DNA of 64,000 nucleotides from Macrostomum lignano (lineage: Eukaryota). The notes under the pieces were generated by a model. It was given only the letters and a program-made list of their open reading frames with translations. It was not told the DNA's origin and did not search any database. Position 1 is the first letter of the stretch. Every line of letters starts with the position of its first letter. Of the stretch, positions 50,070 through 60,769 are shown piece after piece. The stretch lies in the NCBI GenBank assembly GCA_002269645.1, contig NIVC01001494.1:62001-126000 (forward strand). The letters run 5' to 3'. Made by a program: the position numbers and the translations under genes.

Positions 50070-50979
50070 TTAGTCCGGAACTTAGTCTGCAGATGTGGAG
50101 ACTCGCGAGAGCCGGTGAGAGGGCAGCGACTTGCGGGCTGAGTTTCTCCTCTGCAAAAGCCGCTGGGAGACTCGGATTCTCCTCCAGGGGACTCCGCAAG
50201 CCTCCCTGATCAGGCCGTCTGCCCCGCCCTCGCGGCCTGGGAGCCCCGCGCCCGCCACCTGCTGGTTCGCTACTCCCTGACCAGCAATATCTGCTCCCGA
50301 CTGCCCTGCTGTAGAAGTTTTCCCCGTAGTTTCCCCTCCCTCCTGCGCTCGCTCCCTGAGGACTTTTTGCTTGCTAGGCTTCCATCGGCTCCCTCTCAGC
50401 CCCCCCCCCCGAGTTCGTTAGTCAGGCAGCTCAGGCAGCCGCCGCGAGTTTCGAGCAGACAAGGAGGATATTTTTGTGCAGAGGCGGCCCCTCATCCGCA
50501 GCTGCAGCCGCAGCAAGCCGCTCCCGGTTCCAGCGGCTGAAAAATATAAATCCCAACCCCCCGCTTCCCTACAGAGACTCCCAGGGGATTTCGGCTCAGC
50601 CATGCGGCTGGGACTCCGCTCCGCCAAGACGCTTCACGCACTGCGGGGCCGCCCGGGCCGGAGGTGCGCGGCTGACGGTGAAAGATTGGCGGCGGGCAGG
50701 CAGGAAGCTGGCGGGAGCGCGGGAATTAATTGAGAAGCTGAGGCTGCTCAGGAGAAAGTGGAGCTCAGAGCCGGCAGATGAATGCGGCAATGCCGGCCAG
50801 GTGGGGCTCAGCTCAGCTGGGGAGTCAGGAAAGGGGAGCCGCCCCGACAAGGCCTGAGCAGCGGCTTCAGGGCCGGGGAACACCTCCGAAAACTGCAGGA
50901 CTGCCGCAGCCCTCTAGCGGTTAAACAGCTGGCGTTAATCCTGCTGCGGGGTCTGGACCGCTCTGCCCCGCCTGCGAAT

Positions 50980-51326
50980 GGACTCTCATGTCCCTGCATA
51001 GGTGGACTCTCATGTCCCTGCATAGGTGGACTCTCATGTCCCTGCATAGGTGGACTCTCATGTCCCTGCATAGGTGGACTCTCATGTCCCTGCATAGGTG
51101 GACTCTCATGTCCCTGCATAGGTGGACTCTCATGTCCCTGCATAGGTGGACTCTCATGTCCCTGCATAGGTGGAGTCTCATGTCCCTGCATAGGTGGACT
51201 CTCATGTCCCTGCATAGGTGGACTCTCATGTCCCTGCATAGGTGGACTCTCATGTCCCTGCATAGGTGGACTCTCATGTCCCTGCATAGGTGGACTCTCA
51301 TGTCCCTGCATAGGTGGACTCTCATG
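50980..51326. repeat. 24-bp minisatellite
   Basis: Unit GGACTCTCATGTCCCTGCATAGGT, about 14 copies. Confidence 0.97.
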
Positions 51327-52489
51327 TTCTTATGACCTCAGCTCAGATGTGGCCATATCACAGCAAGTTGAGTTGAGGTTTGATTCCAGCGACTGCTTAC
51401 TAACCGCGACCAACTCTGCTTAACTTGTCTCTGAACTCTTTCAACTTCTCCCAGAGATCCTAAACGGTCTCCCGGGTCGGCAGTCACGTGACCAGTTTCT
51501 CTCCTCATCCCCAACGCACCGCCGCTCGCCTTGGCAGCCTTCAGCGGCACGAATTTGTCGTCGTCTCCAGCCTCGCCGGCGCCGCTTCGGTGGCCGTCGG
51601 CGGCGAGCGCCGCGGCGGAGCAGCAGCTGCCCCTGGAGACGCGGCCGCTTCCGGCGCTGCCCCCGCTGCGACCTCCGCCTCCCCAGCGACGCCGCGCGTC
51701 CGACCGGCGGAAGCGGCCAGCGAATTCGGCCAAGGCGGCGAGGGCGCCGGTCGGGCAGCAATCGACCAGCGCGCGGCTGGCCGCCGAACCCATGCGGCTG
51801 CTGGGTGTTGAAGGTTCAAAAGCTCAAGGGCTGAAGGACTGAAACGTGGATGGATTGAGCTGTGGAACAGTAGAGGCTGCTCAGTTACAACCAATCTCCT
51901 AAAAGCCAAGATGTGCTGCAAAAAATGAGAGGGCTGGGACTCAAAGAAGCCACGGGCAGCCAAGGTGCTCTTAAACAGTGCTTTAGATGTGCCGAGATGC
52001 AGCTAAGAGGCTGGGGCTCCAGGGCGCGGCAGGCGGATTGGACCCCGGACTGCTGGGCGAATGGGCGAATAGGGAGCGAGAAGAGTTGAGCAGCTGAGCT
52101 GAGCAGGGGAACAGCGGGAGGCTTCGCTGATTGATTTTATTACCGCTGGAGAAGTCCCTCGCTGCTGGGAGTACTAGCTCGAGCTCTTCAGCATCAATTC
52201 TCAGCATTCAGACTCTGCGCCCCATCAGCTTAAGTTGCATTGAGTTCCCCAGCTTCACCGGAATCCATTATTAATCGATTGTATGGCCACCCCGTGGCGG
52301 GCTGTCGTTCTCATAAAAATTTATAATTTACTCAATTCTGCCTGTTTTTCTACTGATAGTAGGATAGTGAAGATGTTTTGCAAAAATTTATCATATCTGA
52401 CCTATTTTTTTCGCGTCCTACAAACTTAATGTAGATCTCATGGTGCATGGAATCAACTTTGAGGAATGCTTAGTCTAGTAGTCCTTGGT

Positions 52490-53005
52490 CCACTGGATTA
52501 CTCTAGCAGTCCTTGGTTCAGTGGATTAGTCTAGCAGTCCTTGGTGCAGTGGATTAGTCTAGCAGTCCTTGGTTCAGTGGATTTGTCTAGTGGTCCTTGG
52601 TTCAGTGGATCTGTTTAGTAGTCCTTGGTTCAGTGGATTAGTCTAGTAGTCCTTGGTTCAGTGGATTAGTCTAGTAGTCTTTGGTCCAGTGGGTTAGTCT
52701 AGTAGTCCTTGGTTCAGTGGATCTGTTTAGTAGTCCTTGGTTCAGTGGATTAGTCTAGTAGTCCTTGGTACAGTGGATTTGTCTAGTAGTCCTTGGTACA
52801 GTGGAATAGTCTAGTAGTCCTTGGTACAGTGGATTTGTCTAGTAGTCCTTGGTACAGTGGAATAGTCTAGTAGTCCTTGGTACAGTGGATTTGTCTAGTA
52901 GTCCTTGGTACAGTGGAATAGTCTAGTAGTCCTTGGTACAGTGGATTTGTCTAGTAGTCCTTGGTACAGTGGAATAGTCTAGTAGTCCTTGGTACAGTGG
53001 ATTTG
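52490..53005. repeat. 28-bp minisatellite
   Basis: Unit GTCTAGTAGTCCTTGGT(A/T)CAGTGGATT(A/T). Confidence 0.93.
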
Positions 53006-53084
53006 TATAGTAGTTTCTGGTCAAGCGATTTATTTAGGTTAAAAATTACCTCAAAACTTCTAAATATGGCGTTGAAGGGGTGCC

Positions 53085-53275
53085 CATCTGGGTGTCAGAG
53101 GTGCCCATCTTGGTGTCAGAGGTGCCAATCTGCGTGTCAGAGGTGCCAATCTGTGTGTCAGAGGTGCCAATCTGTGTGTCAGAGGTGCCAATCTGTGTGT
53201 CAGAGGTGCCAATCTGTGTGTCAGAGGTGCCAATCTGTGTGTCAGGAGGCGCCAATCTGGGTGTCAGAGGTGCCA
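53085..53275. repeat. 21-bp minisatellite
   Basis: Unit GTGTCAGAGGTGCCAATCTGT. Confidence 0.9.
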
Positions 53276-53789
53276 AAACGCAGATGCTTCAGAGGTTCTC
53301 ACGGTTCTGTACTCCTCTTCATCACTTCATTCATTACCGAAAAAGTTCCGAACTGAATTTCTTATCCAGAATCTTCTCAGCTGTCGAGGGTCTCAGGGGC
53401 CCCTCATCAGTTGGAGTTCAGAGCCGACTGAGAAGGCTCTGAAGGTGATACGGCTGGCTTGAGTATCCATCAGGAACCGGAAATTCCTTATTCTGACAAG
53501 CCTTAAGAGTCTGGAACGGATTAAGGATATAGCGGATGAGTCTGATTTCCGCCCGCTGCATCCTGAGTCAGTTTTGGTAGGATTGGAACTTTTATTGCCG
53601 TCCATTGCGCAGTTGTCCTGCGGGCACCAAATGTCCAATTTGATGATGGATGAGCTTGACAATGCGATGGAGGAAGGCTCGGGTGTTAAACTTCACATAA
53701 TCCCTGGCTTGCGGTATCCGGGGCCGAAACCTCGCTTTAAAAAACACATTAAGGCGGTTGGTAGATCTGTGTTTTCCTTTTTCGAACAC

Positions 53790-54805
53790 CCTGAATAGAC
53801 TGGAGCCCTTCTAGAGCCCCTGAATACACACTGGAGCCCTTCTAGAGCCCCTGAATACACACTGGAGCCCTTCGAGAGCCCCTGAATACACACTGGAGCC
53901 CTTCGAGAGCCCCTGAATACACACTGGAGCCCTTCGAGAGCCCCTGAATACACACTGGAGCCCTTCGAGAGCCCCTGAATACACACTGGAGCCCCCCTTC
54001 TAGAGCCCCTGAATACACTGGAGCCCTTCGAGAGCCCCTGAATACACACTGGAGCCCTTCTAGAGCCCCTGAATACACACTGGAGCCCTTCGAGAGCCCC
54101 TGAATACACTGTAGCCCTTCGAGAGCCCCTGAATACACACTGGAGCCCTTCGAGAGCCCCTGAATACACACTGGAGCCCTTCGAGAGCCCCTGAATACAC
54201 ACTGGAGCCCTTCGAGAGCCCCTGAATACACACTGGAGCCCTTCTAGAGCCCCTGAATACACACTGGAGCCCTTCGAGAGCCCCTGAATACACTGGAGCC
54301 CTTCGAGAGCCCCTGAATACACACTGGAGCCCTTCGAGAGCCCCTGAATACACACTGGAGCCCTTCGAGAGCCCCTGAATACACACTGGAGCCCTTCGAG
54401 AGCCCCTGAATACACTGGAGCCCTTCGAGAGCCCCTGAATACACACTGGAGCCCTTCGAGAGCCCCTGAATACACTGGAGCCCTTCGAGAGCCCCTGAAT
54501 ACACTGGAGCCCTTCGAGAGCCCCTGAATACACACTGGAGCCCTTCTAGAGCCCCTGAATACACTGGAGCCCTTCAAGAGCCCCTGAATACACACTGGAG
54601 CCCTTCGAGAGCCCCTGAATACACACTGGAGCCCTTCGAGAGCCCCTGAATACACACTGGAGCCCTTCGAGAGCCCCTGAATACACACTGGAGCCCTTCG
54701 AGAGCCCCTGAATACACACTGGAGCCCTTCGAGAGCCCCTGAATACACTGGAGCCCTTCGAGAGCCCCTGAATACACTGGAGCCCTTCGAGAGCCCCTGA
54801 ATACA
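53790..54805. repeat. 29/31-bp minisatellite
   Basis: Unit GAGCCCCTGAATAC(AC)ACTGGAGCCCTTC(G/T)A, about 33 copies. Confidence 0.97.
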
Positions 54806-55430
54806 GCTCCAATGCCCTCAAAGGTTGCACTGCATGCGCATCAGAAATCATACAGCCGGGCACCGGCTCTGCACTGCCCCGGCAACCCGCTCAGCCGCAC
54901 GGGGCCGAGCTGGCAGGTGGAGCCGCCAGCGCCCGGATTGGCTGCCCGGCCGGCGTCGAATCTGCTGCGCCGGCCTCCCCGACGCGCGGGAAGGGGATTA
55001 AAATCCACCGCCGGTCCGCCGCCTGGGGGAGCCGCCACTCGGTGGAGCAGCTTCTCGGCAGATCAAGGCAGTCGCCAATTTTCGAGCTTTGAAAATCTCA
55101 GGTGAGATCATTGCTAGCTGAAATTATTGCCTTCCCTGGTCTCTGCCCCCTCCCAGGTCCCCACTGACAGCTGCCTCCAGTGCCCCGCCCTCCCCGCTGA
55201 CTGGGCAGCGATCTGTCATGCCTAGCGCAGCTTGTCTCCCGAGCACAGGGGGGGGGGGGGATGACCCGGCCATCCATCAGCTGCCCGGCCAGCTGCTCAA
55301 ACAGACCCTGCCCTACTCAAGCTCCCCCGAACCCGTCTCCGCATTGCAGCGATTTAGCGAGCGAACAAGCGAGGCGGAGCCAAGCGAGTGAAAGTCGAAT
55401 CGGATCGCACAGCTCGGCAAATCAGGCAAA

Positions 55431-56649
55431 ATGAACTGCGTCGCTGCCCTGGCCGCTCTGGCCCTCCTGGCCGCGCTGGCGCCCGCCGCCTCCACTGCCG
55501 ACGGCAAGGCGGCTGCCGCCCCAGGTGAGTTTCCGCCGCCTCCTGGCCCCCTCCTTTTCCATGTCCCACCGAGACCCCGCCGGCTGCCGCTGGCCCCGCC
55601 CCTTGCGTGTCGGGCTCCGCCAAGGAGGCGGCAGCGACCGTCCAGACGCGGCCACTGGGAGGCGCTTCTGAGAGACTCCGACCCGCCCAAGTCGTGTTTC
55701 AGGGAAACCCTCTCTCCCTGCCTGGCAGCTCGCAGGTTCCCGCGGGAACCGCCCCTCCCATGTCCGCCCCTCCCATGTCCGCCCCTCCCATGTCCGCCCC
55801 TCCCATGTCCGCCCCTCCCATGTCCGCCCCTCCCATGTCCGCCCCTCCCATGTCCGCCCCTCCCATGTCCGCCCCTCCCATGTCCGCCCCTCCCATGTCC
55901 GCCCCTCCCATGTCCGCCCCTCCCATGTCCGCCCCTCCCATGTCCGCCCCTCCCATGTCCGCCCCTCCCATGTCCGCCCCTCCCATGTCCGCCCCTCCCA
56001 TGTCCGCCCCTCCCATGTCCGCCCCTCCCATGTCCGCCCCTCCCATGTCCGCCCCTCCCATGTCCGCCCCTCCCATGTCCGCCCCTCCCATGTCCGCCCC
56101 TCCCATGTCCGCCCCTCCCATGTCCGCCCCTCCCATGTCCGCCCCTCCCATGTCCGCCCCTCCCATGTCCGCCCCTCCCATGTCCGCCCCTCCCATGTCC
56201 GCCCCTCCCATGTCCGCCCCTCCCATGTCCGACCCGGCCCTTCAGCCTCCTCATAGTCCCGCCCCGGTCACTCAACCTCCACTTCAGAGGCCGAGCAGGC
56301 GGAAAAGAGGTACATGCGTTTCGGCCGCTCGGGCGACTCGGCTGCCGACGAAGACGGCCTGGACAGCGTGGAGGGCGTGGACGAACACTGGCCGGTAGAA
56401 GCGGACAAGAGGTACATGCGCTTCGGCAAGCGATACATGCGCTTCGGCAAGAGGTACATGCGCTTCGGCCGAAGCTACGAAGACCCGAACGCTGAGGTGG
56501 ACAAGCGGTACATGCGTTTCGGCAAGCGATACATGCGCTTCGGCAAGAGGTACATGCGCTTCGGCAAGAGATACATGCGCTTCGGCCGAAGCTACGAAGA
56601 CCCGAACGCTGAGGTGGACAAGCGGTACATGCGCTTCGGCCGAAAGTAA
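55431..56649 (+). CDS. FMRFamide-like neuropeptide precursor encoding 9 x YMRFamide (151 aa)
   Basis: Exon 55431-55524 (signal peptide [21 protein letters not shown], donor G|GTGAGT) and exon 56288-56649. Nine YMRFG units flanked by KR/R cleavage sites. Likely 5' UTR intron 55102-55349; AATAAA at 56777. Confidence 0.97.
55749..56230. repeat. 15-bp minisatellite in neuropeptide intron
   Basis: Unit CCCCTCCCATGTCCG, about 32 identical copies. Confidence 0.97.
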
Positions 56650-57984
56650 TGCCACAATCAAACTGCAGTTAAACACTGATTGCCGCTGAGCACTGGCAGA
56701 GCCCTCCAGCACCCCCTCTTAATCCGCCCTCCGTTCCACAGTTCCGCAGTTCTCTGTTCAATCAATTGAAATGACAAATAAACTGGTTCTTCGAGTCCCC
56801 AACCTCAGGTGACTCTTGAATCGGGGCCGCCGGTTCCCCCAGCAACACCGATTGTCTTGGAAGTCTGTTCAATGCAACCCCGCAGATCTGGGCATGTACT
56901 ATTAGCATTGCTAGAGCTGCAGCAGTGTCTGCTTGACATTAAAAACTGATGTCTGCAAGACTGCATTGCCGGATCCGTTCTCCTTGAGTGCAAGTCCCAC
57001 TGACACTGTGGGGTGCTGGCAGCAGAGGGGGCCGGAGCTGGGGGAGCTGGGGAAGGTAGAGACGAATTTCACTTCCACGCGATAGCAGAGCCGCGGAGCA
57101 CAAGGGAAGAAAATTCGCCCTGAGCGCCATGCGTTGCCGTGGGATGCCGCGAACGTCTTGGCCACGCGCTGGTACGCAGAGCTGCTAAGATGACGCCTGC
57201 GTCTCCCGGTTACCCAGCGGGTTTGTCAGCCTCCCAAACACCTGACGGTTCGATGCCCCTCTCCATCCTTCATTGCCCCTCCATCAGCTTGATGCAGCGC
57301 CGTCAGCTCAGTTTGAAGAGGCTGGGGTTGGGGAGGCTCGCTAAACAAGCCTTGTCAATCGCTGGGCCGCTGCCTGACGGGTGTCTCAATTTCCAATTGT
57401 TGCTTTTGCATGTTGTTAAGCAGCTCAAAGCCAGGCTCTTGCCCTGCTTCAGAGATTGCCGCGACACGGCACTCAGAGACCCGCCTGCCGTTCTGCCACT
57501 CCATACAGCAGAACAACAGAAGAGCGCGGATCAGAGGGGGCCGCCGCCGCCGCGTGGCGGAGGCTGTCAAAGCTGAGAGGCTGCTCTGACGCGGAGCAGC
57601 AGAAATCGATGAATTTCGATAGAAAACTCAAAGGCCTCTCCGCTTTCAGCTGGTGGGACTTTTCCCCTCTCCTAGTTTCACACGGAGCAGTGGGGATCGA
57701 GCGGCGCCGTCCAAGTCACTTATGATCTCAGATTTCTTCATTTCGAATGACGTGATTTGGCTGCCAATATTGTCACGGTGAGGGGCTCTCTTCTAGAAGA
57801 AGATTGCCAATCAAACAGTGGCCGGCATTCTGAAACTGTTGAGGTTGAGAAATTTGATGCCGATGCTCGGGAGGGACTCATCTGCGATGCTTCAATAATT
57901 GCTTTTTTATCACCCTGGCGGGCTGCGGGACTCGGATTTTGGCTGGGCTTTCCTGGAAAGAAACAATTGCCAAAGATTGCCTGG

Positions 57985-58185
57985 GGTGATGGGGTGATGG
58001 GGTGATGGGTGATGGGTGATGGGTGATGGGGTGATGGGGTGATGGGGTGATGGGGTGATGGGGTGATGGGTGATGGGTGATGGGTGATGGGTGATGGGTG
58101 ATAGGGTGATGGGGTGATGGGGTGATGGGGTGATGGGGTGATGGGGTGATGGAGTGATGGGGTGATGGAGTGATGGGGTGATGGG
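57985..58185. repeat. 7/8-bp repeat (GGG(G)TGAT)
   Basis: Direct reading. Confidence 0.9.
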
Positions 58186-58819
58186 GAGACTGTAGTATTG
58201 AGGGCAGCAGCCCCAGCCGCAGAGCTGCTGCAGTCGGACGGAGCCGCACAAATGCAGTGATGGAGCCGAGCCAGATGTCGCATGCAGCTGCCCCACATGA
58301 TTTCTTGGGAATTCGGTGCAGCCGAGAGTGCTCAAACAGGTGTGTTCTGTATTTCTGCCAGTATTTTCGTGTACTCACCTTCGCCTCATCCGCCCCAGCC
58401 TCCCCCCCCCCCGATAGCAGCGCATTGATCTCGGGGGTTTTTCGGGTCCAAGAAAATTGCAAAATTTTCTGCCTGACTTGAGCAAGTGACTCTCCTGTGG
58501 CAGGTGCACTTTTTTCCTCCCCCGGCGGGCCCGCACCGCCAGCTCCCATTGTCGGCGGAGGAGGCCTGTTAGCAATTTATTTTGAATTCATTCAGAATGG
58601 CTTCATGGCTTGGAATTTTAGCTCCACTCTGCCTTCTTGTTTTACTAGAGGTAAGTTAAAAATTAAATTCTCAATTAATTATTTTCCCCGCTCTTAGTTA
58701 TGTAGCCATTGCGGGGCTTTCTGAAATATTGCTTTTTGGTCCGAAGCTGAGGCAGACAGTTTTCATGCGCTGTCACAATCTCAGCGATCTTGTGATCCCT
58801 GCTTTTATCACAAGAGGCT

Positions 58820-59826
58820 GGCGGTCTGATCATAGCCTGTATGGATCTGGTCATAGCCTGTACGGATCTGCTCATATAGTCTGTACAGATCTGATCATAG
58901 TCTAAAGATCTGGTCATAGCCTGTACAGATCTTATCATAGTCTGTACAGATCTGATCATAGTCTACAGATCTGGTCATAGCCTGTACGGATCTGCTCATA
59001 GTCTGTACAGTTCTGATCATAGTCTACAGATCTGGTCATAGCCTGTACGGATCTGGTCATAGCCTGTACGGATCTGCTCATAGTCTGTACAAATCTGATC
59101 ATAGCCTACAAATCTGGTCATAGCCTGTATGGACCTGATAATAGCCTGTATGGATCTGGTTATAGCCTGTACGGTCCGAATCAAAAGTATACACGGTCCT
59201 GATCATAAATGTGCACGATCCTTGTAATAGGTCTGTAGTATATGTACGGTCCCGATCATAGATGTGTACGGTCCTGATCATAGGTGTGTACGATCCTGGT
59301 CATAGGTGAGTATAATCCTGATCATAGGTGTGTACGGTCCTGATCATAGGTGAGTACGGTCCCGATCATAGGTGTGTACTGTACCGATCACAGGTGTGTA
59401 CGGTCCCGATCATAGGTGTGTACGGTCCCGATCATAGGTGAGTACGGTCCCGATCATAGGTGTGTGCGGCCCTGATCATAGTTGTGTACGGTCCCGATCA
59501 TAGGTGTGTACGGTCCCGATCATAGGTGAGTACGGTCCCGATCATAGGTGTGTACGGTCCCGATCATAGGTGTGTACGGTCCCGATCATAGGTGAGTACG
59601 GTCCCGATCATAGGTGTGTACGGTCCCGATCATAGGTGTGTACGGTCCCGATCATAGGTGAGTACGGTCCCGATCATAGGTGTGTACGGTCCCGATCATA
59701 GGTGTGTACGGTCCCGATCATAGGTGAGTACGGTCCCGATCATAGGTGTGTACGGTCCCGATCATAGGTGTGTACGGTCCAGATCATAGGTGAGTACGGT
59801 CCCGATCATAGGTGTGTACGGTCCTG
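58820..59826. repeat. Compound 21-22-bp minisatellite
   Basis: CTGTAC(A/G)GATCTG(A/G)TCATAG units grading into GATCATAGGTG(T/A)GTACGGTCCC units. Confidence 0.93.
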
Positions 59827-60439
59827 CTCACAGTTACCGCTGTCACCGCTAGCTGTGTACTCACTCGTTGCTCTCAGATCGAACATGACTGACGCAGGCT
59901 GGCTGAAATGCTGAGCCCTAGCGGCTGTCAGCGAGAGTCCCCGTGCTTGGCCAGCACTGACTGACAGGTTGGGGCATCGCAAGTGTCGCTTGTCAATTCG
60001 TTTGCTCAGCAGGCTCTTGGCTGTAATTCAGCTATCATTCGTATCTATTCACTGCAAGCCCTGTATAGGCTGCGGGGCTGATGGGTGAAGAAGCAACAGT
60101 GCTGGTGCGATGAGGCGGGGAGGCTGGGGCATTAGCAGCAGACAGCAGGTGTGACGCAGGCAGACGACCAATTAAAAAAATCGGGTAAAGTGCCAGGATA
60201 AACTGTGAGGATTAAAAAGCGGCCTGGGAATTAGCGAGGCGGACTCCGCAGCATGACAGAAATTCTCAGGCTGAAACCTGATGTGTCGGCCGCGCGCCAG
60301 GGACTTCTTGAAATAGCACGGTTGGACTGGAAGCCTGAATAAAGCGCGCCCCCGCTTTAGCGTTCAGTGGGGCGAAGAGTTTTGTCCTTTTGCACCAAGG
60401 AGAGGGGATTAAGGACTGCCACAGTTCAGTCACAACATT

Positions 60440-60555
60440 AGAGAGGTCACCTTCGGCATGTACACTCTCCGTGCCTTGGGGGTTGGCCCTCACGGGTCGG
60501 AATCGAACCAGGGGTCGCGGCGCGAGAGTCGGAACGCTTCCAGTCCACCGGTGCC
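60440..60555 (-). mobile_element. tRNA-derived SINE-like element, second copy
   Basis: B-box GGTTCGATTCC (60509-60499); GACTCTCGC and ACCCCAAGGCACGGAGAGTGTACATGCCGAAGG shared with the 41.7-kb copy. Confidence 0.65.
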
Positions 60556-60769
60556 AATTCTAGAAGTCCCTGAGCGTGCTCCGCGAGCGACCTTGCTCAG
60601 GACTTTGCAACTGGCCAGGTTGAAGTGATGAGGCGAGTTGGGATAAAATAGTGATAAATAGGAGGACAATTAGAATATCATATTGCAGTTTTCTCGAATT
60701 TGTTTTTAGTCTCAAAACAGCCTCCAGTTCCTCCGCCTCATCACACTGGCTCCTCAGCCTCCTTGTCGT

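Noticed and set aside
55431-56495. 354-aa ORF with (CPPLP)n
   Set aside because: Read-through of the neuropeptide intron; strong donor at 55525 and acceptor at 56287.
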